Shown here in pieces: positions 19,951 to 31,809 of a stretch of 36,372 nt of DNA. Positions within the stretch are counted from its first letter, which is position 1, and each line of letters begins with the position of its first letter. The DNA comes from Campylobacteraceae bacterium. GTDB lineage: Bacteria > Campylobacterota > Campylobacteria > Campylobacterales > Sulfurospirillaceae. The translations under genes and the position numbers were made by a program. The stretch covers positions 1 through 36,372 of the forward strand of contig JALUXQ010000192.1 of assembly GCA_027013265.1 (NCBI GenBank). Reading direction: 5' to 3'. The notes beneath the pieces are model-generated. The model did not search any database, had not been told where the DNA came from, and saw only the letters and a program-made list of their open reading frames with translations.

Positions 19951-20027
19951 ATTATATCTAAATTATATCTAAATTCTACATTTTATGCTGATTTTTATAT
20001 GATTTTATATGATTTTATATGATTTTT
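19951..20027. repeat. Short tandem repeats upstream of the XRE gene
   Basis: ATTATATCTAA x2 (19951-19972) and about 3.5 copies of the 10-mer TGATTTTATA (about 19989-20027). Confidence 0.75.
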
Positions 20028-20098
20028 GTACGAATTACTGTATAAAAAGTGTTTGATATTTTAGATTTTAGGGAGTGTTGAAAAAAAGGAGAGGAGAT

Positions 20099-20128
20099 AA
20101 AAAGGACCCATCACTTGGATAGATCCCC
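20099..20128 (-). terminator. Rho-independent terminator of rpsO
   Basis: Minus strand GGGATCTATC-CAAGT-GATGGGTCCT (10-bp stem with three G-U pairs) followed by TTTT. Confidence 0.75.
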
Positions 20129-20134
20129 AAAAAT

Positions 20135-20407
20135 CTATTTGTCTCTTATAGATAGTTCTTTGATAACTTCTGAATATTTCTCAAAATTTGTCTTTTTAAG
20201 ATATCTTAAAAGTCTTTTTCTTTGTCCAACTAATTTTAAAAGACCAAGTCTCGAAGAGTGATCTTTTTTGTTGATTTTCAAATGTTCTGTCAAATCTAGT
20301 ACTCTTTTAGATATTAGTGCTATTTGAACCTCTGGTGAGCCTGTGTCACCCTCTTTTCTTCCGAATTTGTTGACGATTTCTAATTTTTCCGCCGAACCTA
20401 AAGCCAT
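20135..20407 (-). CDS. rpsO: 30S ribosomal protein S15
   Basis: [13 protein letters not shown]...KDHSSRLGL; AAGGAGG RBS. Confidence 0.99.
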   Translation of the reverse strand: MALGSAEKLEIVNKFGRKEGDTGSPEVQIALISKRVLDLTEHLKINKKDHSSRLGLLKLVGQRKRLLRYLKKTNFEKYSEVIKELSIRDK

Positions 20408-20572
20408 AATTGACCTCCTTGATTGGTATTTTCTATTTAAGTATTTTAAATAGGGATGACATTATATCTAAAAAAAGAAAAAAAGCCACATAAAAAACAA
20501 AATCTTATAAATTAATATAAAATCTAGTATAAATTTAGTACAATATTTGTCTTATTGAAACAAAGGAATTTT

Positions 20573-20983
20573 ATGCTCTTAACAAAAGCTAGTGAATATG
20601 CGTTGTTGTCGTTGATAATTATTTCTCAAAAAGAGACCCCCCAAGATGTAGAATCTCTATCTAAGGAGCTAGACATATCAAAGAGTTTTTTAGCAAAGAT
20701 TTTACAATCTTTTGCAAAAAATGGTATATTGAAGTCATTTAAAGGGACAAAAGGTGGTTTTTTGCTTAATATATCTCCCAATGATCTATCTGTAAAGAAG
20801 ATTATAGAGTGTGCTGAAAAAAAACAAGCAAAAGTTTTTGAGTGTTCACTTCCTGAATCAAAGTGCCCTAGTGGAAAAGAGACATTTTGTAAAATTTTAC
20901 CAATTTTAAACAGGCTTCAGTTAAAAATTGATAATTTTTTGGATAAAATAACTCTGAAAGATTTGATTGAACAACAAAGGTAA
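20573..20983 (+). CDS. Rrf2 family transcriptional regulator
   Basis: MLLTKASEYAL, SFLAKILQ, S.KG.KGGF.L, C-x6-C-x7-C. ATG 20573 follows AAGGA. Confidence 0.92.
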   Translation: MLLTKASEYALLSLIIISQKETPQDVESLSKELDISKSFLAKILQSFAKNGILKSFKGTKGGFLLNISPNDLSVKKIIECAEKKQAKVFECSLPESKCPSGKETFCKILPILNRLQLKIDNFLDKITLKDLIEQQR

Positions 20984-21027
20984 AAGTTATTAAAAAAAAT
21001 AGTCTTTTCTCTAAAATAAGTCCAATA

Positions 21028-23160
21028 TTGGTTCCTATTACCAAATCAAAAGACTTGACTATGGTTATTTTCATCATAGCAATTTTAGCCATCATTATAG
21101 TTCCGCTACCAAGTTATTTTTTAGATTTTTTCCTTACCATATCTTTATCCATCTCAGTATTGATTATACTCATAGCTCTATATATACCAAAACCAACGGA
21201 TTTGACAACTTTTCCAACACTTATACTTATCATTACTCTATATAGACTCTCACTAAATATCGCGACAACCAGAATGATTTTAAGCAATGGACATAAGGGT
21301 CCAGGAGCTGTAAGTGAGATAATTTCTAGTTTTGGGGAGTTTGTTGTAGGTGGAAACTATGTCATAGGTGTAATTGTCTTTTCTATTTTAGTTTTGATAA
21401 ATTTTATGGTTATAACAAAAGGCTCCACCAGGGTCGCAGAAGTTGCTGCTAGATTTACACTTGACGCTATGCCTGGTAAACAGATGGCGATAGATGCCGA
21501 CTTAAATGCTGGACTAATTGATGAAAAAACTGCTAAAGATAGAAGAGAAGAGATTATACAAGAAGCAAATTTCTATGGTGCAATGGATGGCTCTAGTAAA
21601 TTTGTAAAAGGTGATGCTATCGCTGGTATCATCATCACCATAATAAATATAATAGGTGGTTTTTTAATAGGTGCTTTTCAATATGACTTAGATATTGCAA
21701 CAAGTGCCAAAACATACACTATTTTGACTATTGGTGATGGTTTGGTCTCTCAGCTTCCTGCTCTCATCAGTTCAACCGCTACGGGCATCATCATCACTAG
21801 AGCAAACAAAGGTGATGAAAACTTTGCAACTGGGGCAGTTAATCAACTTTTCGGCGACTACAAAACACTTTTTATCGTGGGGTTCATACTTGCTATGTTT
21901 GCACTGGTGCCAGGATTACCAACACTATCACTCGGTTTTGTGGGGCTTATCTTTCTATCTCTTGGATATCTCATTAAGATAACAGTGGAAGATGGATTTT
22001 CTCTTGAAGCCTTTTTTAGTCCAAAAAAACATCAACAAGAGGCGCAAAAGGTGGCAGAACAGGGTCAACAAGCACCAAAAAAATCACAAAAACAGCTTAA
22101 TGAAGAGGAGAAGAAAAGCTTAGATGATATACTCAAACTCGAAATTTTAGAACTAGATTTAGGATATCAACTTATAAAGTTGGCTGATCCAGTTCAAGGT
22201 GGGGATTTGCTTGATAGAATCAAAACTATGAGACGAAAAATCGCAACAGATTTTGGATTTCTTATTCCTCAAGTCCGCATAAGAGACAATTTGCATCTAC
22301 AACCAAATCAATATCAATTTTTACTAAAAGGTGCAGAGATTGGAAGCGGAGAGATATATACAGACAAGTTTCTTGCCATGGATAGTGGATTGGTTGTAGA
22401 TAAAATAGATGGAATTGCCACAAAAGAACCAGCTTTTGGACTTGATGCGATGTGGATTGATAGTGATTTAAAAGAGGATGCCATCATAAAAGGCTATACC
22501 ACTGTTGACCCTGCAACTGTCATCTCTACACACCTTAGTGAACTAATCAAAAAATACTCCGAAGAGCTTCTTACAAGGCAAGATGTTCAAGACCTCGTTG
22601 AAAAGACCAAAGAGAGCTTTCCCGTCGTTGTTGAAGATTGCTTAAAAGTTGCAAATATTGGACTAATACAAAAAGTGTTAAAAGCGCTTCTTCATGAAAG
22701 AATTCCTATCAAAGATATGCTTACCATCCTAGAAACTATCAGTGATATCGCCGAAATTACAAAAAATGTTGATATAATAGTAGAGCAGGTAAGATCAAAA
22801 CTTGCACGAATCATCACCAAACTATACAAAGATGAAGATGGTAATATAAAACTACTCACCTTTAACGCAACCACTGAACAAAAGATACTAGATGCCCTAG
22901 TGGACAGAGATGGAGTTAGAGATTTAGTACTCAGTATCGGTCAAATAAACACTTTAGTTCAAGTTGTCAGCGATGAGTCAGCAAAAATTCTCCAAAAAGG
23001 TATAGCTCCTGTGATAATCGTGGTTGACCCACTTTTACGAAAATCCTTAAATGACATTTTTGAAAAATTCAATCTTGATGTTGTTGTGCTGAGTCATGCA
23101 GAGATAGATCCAAATGCCAAATTTGAAGTACTTGGAACAATAGAAATAGAAAATTTATAA
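21028..23160 (+). CDS. flhA: Flagellar export gate protein FlhA (start uncertain)
   Basis: LYRLSLNIATTRMIL, RVAEVAARFTLDAMPGKQMAIDADL, FYGAMDG.SKFVKGD. Confidence 0.98.
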   Translation: MVPITKSKDLTMVIFIIAILAIIIVPLPSYFLDFFLTISLSISVLIILIALYIPKPTDLTTFPTLILIITLYRLSLNIATTRMILSNGHKGPGAVSEIISSFGEFVVGGNYVIGVIVFSILVLINFMVITKGSTRVAEVAARFTLDAMPGKQMAIDADLNAGLIDEKTAKDRREEIIQEANFYGAMDGSSKFVKGDAIAGIIITIINIIGGFLIGAFQYDLDIATSAKTYTILTIGDGLVSQLPALISSTATGIIITRANKGDENFATGAVNQLFGDYKTLFIVGFILAMFALVPGLPTLSLGFVGLIFLSLGYLIKITVEDGFSLEAFFSPKKHQQEAQKVAEQGQQAPKKSQKQLNEEEKKSLDDILKLEILELDLGYQLIKLADPVQGGDLLDRIKTMRRKIATDFGFLIPQVRIRDNLHLQPNQYQFLLKGAEIGSGEIYTDKFLAMDSGLVVDKIDGIATKEPAFGLDAMWIDSDLKEDAIIKGYTTVDPATVISTHLSELIKKYSEELLTRQDVQDLVEKTKESFPVVVEDCLKVANIGLIQKVLKALLHERIPIKDMLTILETISDIAEITKNVDIIVEQVRSKLARIITKLYKDEDGNIKLLTFNATTEQKILDALVDRDGVRDLVLSIGQINTLVQVVSDESAKILQKGIAPVIIVVDPLLRKSLNDIFEKFNLDVVVLSHAEIDPNAKFEVLGTIEIENL

Positions 23161-23193
23161 GGAATATGAAAATGATAAAAAAAGAAAAAGTAT

Positions 23194-24240
23194 ATGAGTA
23201 GATATAAAATTTACCACCTATCTCACACTGATTTAGATGGATATGGCTGTCAAATGGTCACAAATAGATACTTTGATTCGATACAGTTCTACAACTCAAA
23301 CTATGGAAAAGAGATAAATGAGAGATTTAATGAGATTTTTGGCGATATTCAAAATGATGAAAACCAAAAAAACATCATACTTATTACTGATCTAAATCTA
23401 ACAATGGAGCAAGCCAAAGATTTTGACTCTAGAGTAAAAATTGCAAATGAGGATATACTCATAATTCTACTTGACCATCACAAATCAGGTCAAGAGTGTG
23501 CAAATATCTTCGAGTGGTACTATCTTGATGATAGCAGATGTGCAACAAAAATAACATACGGTTTTTTCTCAAATATCTATGGTAAAGATACAAAGCTTTC
23601 CAAATTTGTAGATGTTGTAAATGCAGTAGACATTTGGTTGGAAAACGAAGATGAATTTGAACTAGGCAAAGTCTGTTTGGGTTTGGTAAGCGGTGCAAAA
23701 GAGATAAACAGAATAATGTTTTCCAAAGAAAATTCAAACTATATGTTTGATCTTTTGACAAAAATACAGCCATTTTTCAAACAAAAAAATGCCCATATAG
23801 TTCTTGATGAAAATATACATAAAATCAAAAAAGAGATACTAAAACAAGACCAAGATGACACTCTAAACAATCTCATTTCAAAGTTCAATGTGCAGTTGCT
23901 CTCAAACAATAGAGATAAAATGAGCATAGAGTATCAAAATCACAAAGGTATCTTGACTTATAACATAGGGAATGTCTCGGTTATCGGCAATGATTTTTTA
24001 AAAGCAAATAGGGAATTTGACTTTTTTATGGATATAACATCTAGAAAAACAGTCAGCTTTAGAGCAAATGGAAAAGTTGATGTCAGCAAGATGGCAGCAA
24101 AATTGGCAAATGGTGGTGGACATCCAAATGCTAGTGGTGGTCTATTTGGAGGCTTCAAAGATGGTTTTATATATGAAAATATCAAAAATCAAGTAGTAAA
24201 CTTGATAAATAAAAAGACAGGGAAAACACATGAAAAATAG
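23194..24240 (+). CDS. DHH/DHHA1 family phosphoesterase
   Basis: SHTDLDG, ITDL, LLDHH and GGGHPNASG motifs. Confidence 0.9.
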   Translation: MSRYKIYHLSHTDLDGYGCQMVTNRYFDSIQFYNSNYGKEINERFNEIFGDIQNDENQKNIILITDLNLTMEQAKDFDSRVKIANEDILIILLDHHKSGQECANIFEWYYLDDSRCATKITYGFFSNIYGKDTKLSKFVDVVNAVDIWLENEDEFELGKVCLGLVSGAKEINRIMFSKENSNYMFDLLTKIQPFFKQKNAHIVLDENIHKIKKEILKQDQDDTLNNLISKFNVQLLSNNRDKMSIEYQNHKGILTYNIGNVSVIGNDFLKANREFDFFMDITSRKTVSFRANGKVDVSKMAAKLANGGGHPNASGGLFGGFKDGFIYENIKNQVVNLINKKTGKTHEK

Positions 24241-24472
24241 TGATTTTGATCTAGAGATAGAGGAGTTAGCACTGCAGTTAACCGATATGCTAAGTGCTAC
24301 ATTATACTTTGCAGGTGTGCAAGAAGATAAGCTAAAAGAGGCAAGTGATGCCTATATCGATGCCATAGATATAGTATTAGGTGATGATGATGAGGCGGAG
24401 ATGGGAGTCGAGGAGATTATAAAAATAGTTAAATATCTAAAGCAAAACCAGCCAGATCTATTTTTTAACTGA
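24230..24472 (+). CDS. Small acidic hypothetical protein
   Basis: 80 aa, overlaps the DHH gene end, AGGGA RBS; about 20 Asp/Glu versus 6 Lys. Confidence 0.75.
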   Translation: MKNSDFDLEIEELALQLTDMLSATLYFAGVQEDKLKEASDAYIDAIDIVLGDDDEAEMGVEEIIKIVKYLKQNQPDLFFN

Positions 24473-24584
24473 CCTTCGCACTATAATGAGCAAAGCTCGT
24501 TATAGTGGCAGGGACTAAAGCCCCTACAACCTCCTAAAGCTACGAAAAGTAGGACTTTTCGAGAAAAAGTGCGTAAAGTCAGTT
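24467..24584. mobile_element. Putative MITE/REP-like structured non-coding element (118 bp)
   Basis: Imperfect terminal inverted repeats AACTGACCTT-CGCACT / AACTGACTTTACGCACT (15 of 17 positions), three internal hairpins, more GC-rich than other intergenic DNA here, and a related partial copy at 35665. Mobility is inferred. Confidence 0.7.
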
Positions 24585-25283
24585 TTTAGCTAAGAAAGTT
24601 GCAAAATTTCCCCACTTAAATATAGTCTCTATATTTTTAAATTTTGCATTTAGTATCATCTGCTTGTTCTCCTCTTCGCTGTAGGGAACAAGCACATTCT
24701 CTAAAGCTTCTCTTTTTTGAGATATTTCAAACTCGCTGTAACCTTGTGATTTTTTAAAATCATAATATATATCTATCATTTGCTTGTTTAATTTTTTATC
24801 TTCAAAGATGATTTTTTCACTAAATATAAAAATTCCGCCATCCTTTAAGGCACTATAAATCCTTTCAATCAACTCAACTCTTTGTATAGGTCTTATGAAC
24901 TGCAACATATAGTTTGCTATAATGATGTCACTTTTAGGAATATCAAGTTTCAAGATATCTGCATTTTCCAACTTTATATCTGCCCCATATGCTTCTACTT
25001 TTTTTCTTGCTTGGCCAAGCATCGCATCAGAATTATCGAACCCCAAAAGAGTTAGTTTTTTGTTTATTTTTGAGTTTATGCCAAGGAGTGTGTTTGCGGT
25101 TGAACAACCTAAATCCACCACCACATCTCCATCTTTTACATGTAGCTCAACAAGGCTACAAATCAAAGATAAAACTTTAGCATAAAAAGGGATAGATCTA
25201 TCAAGCATATCATCAAAAACAGAAGCAACCTTTTCATCAAATTCAAACTGTTTTTCTATAGGAGTTTCAAATACTTTATCCAT
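24579..25283 (-). CDS. cmoA: Carboxy-S-adenosyl-L-methionine synthase CmoA
   Basis: FEFDEKVASVFDDML.RSIPFY, DLGCST, DNS.AM, GYSEFEISQKREALENV. Confidence 0.95.
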   Translation of the reverse strand: MDKVFETPIEKQFEFDEKVASVFDDMLDRSIPFYAKVLSLICSLVELHVKDGDVVVDLGCSTANTLLGINSKINKKLTLLGFDNSDAMLGQARKKVEAYGADIKLENADILKLDIPKSDIIIANYMLQFIRPIQRVELIERIYSALKDGGIFIFSEKIIFEDKKLNKQMIDIYYDFKKSQGYSEFEISQKREALENVLVPYSEEENKQMILNAKFKNIETIFKWGNFATFLAKN

Positions 25284-26088
25284 TTAACGCCTTTTATATG
25301 CTATTGGCTGACACTCTTGTATGTCTTTTTGTATCTGCTCTTTTAACTCTTTTAGAGAATTAAATTTTTTGTTTTCTCTTAAATACTTCAAGAAACAGAC
25401 AGTGAAGTTTTTTATATTGTCTACCTCTTTATTGATTATATGAGTTTCGCAAGAAAATGCACCATCGGTACTCTCTCTTAATCCTATAAATGTTACAGAT
25501 GGGAATGAGACTCCATCGATGATACTTTTTGTCTTGTAGACACCATTTTTTGGCAGTATATACTTTTCAACATTTAAATTTAAAGTAGGAACTAACTCCT
25601 TTTTTCCAAGTCCTTGACCTTTTATGACATCTCCTTGCATGCAGTAGTCTCTGCCTAGAAGCATATTTGCTTTTTGGATATCGCCTTTTTTTAAAAACTC
25701 TCTTATAGTTGATGAATGTACCGAAATACCATCGATAAAAAATTCATCTACTACATCAATTTTTCCATCAAACAGTTTTTTTAAATCATATAAATTACAA
25801 GATCTATTTGCTCCAAATTTAAAATCATATCCAACAACAATCTTCTTTAAATTTGGAAAATCTTTTTTCAGAAATGATAAAAAACCAATGCAATCATAAT
25901 CTTTTATAAGTTCAAAGTCGATATAAAAACAGGGAAATTTAGTAAAATAACTTCGATTTTTACCAGGTGTTATATTTGCTCTTCCTCTATAAACAACAAG
26001 TAAGGCACCATTTTCCCCAAGCCTGTTTATAAGCTGTTGATGTCCCAAATGGACACCATCAAAATTTCCGATAGCAATAGAGTCGATT

Positions 26089-29492
<3,404 letters not shown>

Positions 29493-29493
<1 letters not shown>

Positions 29494-30635
29494 TAAATTG
29501 CCCCAAGAACCGCATCTTGAACACTAAGTGCTTGAAAATGCTCTTTTACATCATGAACACGGACTATACTAGCTCCTCTTCTAACAGCTTCTAAGTGTAT
29601 AGCCAAAGTTCCAGGGAGTCTCTCTTCTGTCTTGCTTGGCGTTATTAAATCTATCATGGACTTTCTGCTAGCACCTACTAAAAGTGGAAAATTAAATCTC
29701 AAAAAATGTTCAAGATGAAGCAAGAGAGCAAGATTGTGCTCTAGCCTCTTTCCAAAGCCGATACCAACATCTAGTATGATATTTTGCACTCCAAAACTCT
29801 TGGCTTTTTCCACTCTTTCTTGAAAAAATTTATCAATATCTAGCACAACATTGTCATACTTTGGATCTTTTTGCATCTGCTGCGTGGAGCCAAGCTTGTG
29901 CATAAGGACTACGGTCGCATCAAACTGCGAAGCAAGTTTTGCCACTTCATCACTCTTTAGAGCTGTTATATCATTTATGATTTTAAAACCACTATCTAGT
30001 GCATACTTTAAACACAATGCACTATAGCTATCTAAAGAAAATTCTACCTCTTCAAAAAGCCTATTTTTATAGACAATATCTATAATGTTTTTGACTCTGC
30101 TAAACTCCTCTTCTTCACTTACCGGTATGCTTCCTGGTCTACTTGAAACTCCGCCGATGTCTATGATATCAGCACCATCTTCTATCATTTTTTTGATTCT
30201 GTTTAGTGCATCAAAATCTGCAAATCTACTCTCTTTGAAAAAGCTATCATCATTTGCATTCAAAACACCCATTATCTTCGTTTTTACTCTATTTGTATTT
30301 AAAAAATCTGGCAATGAATTTGCCAGCTCTTTTAGTCCAAAAGGCTGGATACTCTCTTTTTTACTAAGTCTTAAAATCTGCTCACTTGTCGCAATCAAGA
30401 CGGCATCGCAGTACTTTTGCTCGCATGTAACACAACTCTTTGGCACTGCCAAATCTGCGCCGATGGAGAGAGCATCTTGCTTTAGGATATTTGCTGCAGG
30501 AGTTCGCAAATCTTTTATATATAAAAAGTGTATTTTTGATTTTTTGCTTAGTATCTTTATGCCCTCTTTTGTGGTGCCAATCTTCGTCAAAAGCATATCT
30601 AAGGATGTATCGTTTGAAATCTTATATATTTGCAT
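29493..30635 (-). CDS. folP: Dihydropteroate synthase with N-terminal extension
   Basis: IMGVLN...DSF, IDIGGVSSRPG, DVGIGFGK, GASRKS, VRVHDV; about 115 extra N-terminal residues. Confidence 0.95.
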
Positions 30636-30636
30636 A

Positions 30637-31260
30637 TCAACCTTTTTTTGTATATATGGATAATAGTAGCGAAATCAAAATATTATTTGGTCTCGAATTT
30701 AACTCACACAGTTGTAGTAGTTTTTCAAAATATTCCATCTCTTTTGTGCTAAATGATATATGACACTCAGTAATAGCAGAAGTAACTATACGCTGCACTA
30801 GCGCCTTTAGTTCATTCTTACTAATCCTTGAATTTTCCTGTACGAAATCATAAATCATGTTTAGTTCTAAATTTTTGATGTCTAAGCTTAACTCTACTTT
30901 ATCCTCTTTCAACTCTAAATTTCGGCTAGGCATCCTTGAGCGGATTGTGGGTAAAAAAACATTTTTAGTTTCACATACTAAAATAAAAACGATATTTTTT
31001 GGTGGCTCTTCTAGTATCTTTAAAAGTGAATTTTGAGCATATATATTGTAGTTTTTAGCACCTAAAACTAAGATTTTACTATCACTTTCAGCTATGTAAG
31101 CCTCTTTTACAACACTTTTGGCATCTTCGAGTAAAAAGTCATCTTTGAGAAAAAATTTACAGTTTTTCTCGGCTAGTTCATCCCTAAGATGTTCATATGC
31201 ACTTTGTAAATTTTTGCAAATATATATACAACTTTGTGTCTCACCACTACTCTGTCTCAA
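30637..31260 (-). CDS. holB: DNA polymerase III subunit delta' (short Campylobacterota type)
   Basis: AQNSLLKILEEPP, LPTIRSR. TTG 31260 after AGAGG is preferred as start. Confidence 0.88.
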   Translation of the reverse strand: MRQSSGETQSCIYICKNLQSAYEHLRDELAEKNCKFFLKDDFLLEDAKSVVKEAYIAESDSKILVLGAKNYNIYAQNSLLKILEEPPKNIVFILVCETKNVFLPTIRSRMPSRNLELKEDKVELSLDIKNLELNMIYDFVQENSRISKNELKALVQRIVTSAITECHISFSTKEMEYFEKLLQLCELNSRPNNILISLLLSIYTKKG

Positions 31261-31798
31261 AATCAACCTCTGCAAAAAGTAAAGCATTTATACTTTTATC
31301 CAAAAGTTTATATAGTTGAATCAATTTTAAATCCAAATTTTCATCACTTGAAGAGAGAAGAAAGCTATTTTGCAACTGTTCGTCCATGACCCAGATAAAA
31401 CTGTCATCTTTCCTTTTTGCAATTTGCATCTTTATGTTGTTATTTTTACCAACAAAAAAGTAGGTATATCCTTGTGGAAATGTTTGATATAGAAGATTTT
31501 CTAAAAGCTCTATATCATCTTTTGTTTTTATGCTATTTAGTGCTGGATATATAGATTTTAGAGAGATAAATGGCAAAAGTGGTCTGTTTTTACTTAGCTT
31601 GTTTATATCTTTTAGCATGTATTCGCAAAACCACTCTCTATCGTCATCAGTGACCACAAGTATAGTATGACCTTCAAGCAGATTTTTCAACATAGACATA
31701 TTTAGAGGAACCCATTCAAATCTCTTCTCCTCCATCCAACTCATCATTGAGCCATCTTTTCTTATGTTATCAAGCGTCCACTTTAAAAATTTTTGCAT
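31247..31798 (-). CDS. hobA: HobA DNA replication initiation regulator (DnaA-binding)
   Basis: F..WTL..IR, WMEE.RFEW.PL, TD.DREWF, RPLLP; conserved lysC-hobA-holB-folP order. Confidence 0.9.
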   Translation of the reverse strand: MQKFLKWTLDNIRKDGSMMSWMEEKRFEWVPLNMSMLKNLLEGHTILVVTDDDREWFCEYMLKDINKLSKNRPLLPFISLKSIYPALNSIKTKDDIELLENLLYQTFPQGYTYFFVGKNNNIKMQIAKRKDDSFIWVMDEQLQNSFLLSSSDENLDLKLIQLYKLLDKSINALLFAEVDFETE

Positions 31799-31809
31799 TA
31801 AAAGCAGTC

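Noticed and set aside
19989-20027. Tandem repeats as a possible CRISPR array or replication iterons
   Set aside because: Units are 10 bp, directly adjacent, with no spacers, and there are no cas or rep genes nearby.
20992-20999. A8 run before flhA and other A/T homopolymers as phase-variation tracts
   Set aside because: Runs of 7-8 A are common throughout this AT-rich window; no long poly-G/C tracts were seen.
24467-24584. The multi-hairpin element as a tRNA or simple terminator
   Set aside because: No T-loop (TTCRA), D-loop or 7-nt anticodon loop pattern, loops are 2-3 nt, and the inner stems lack U tracts.
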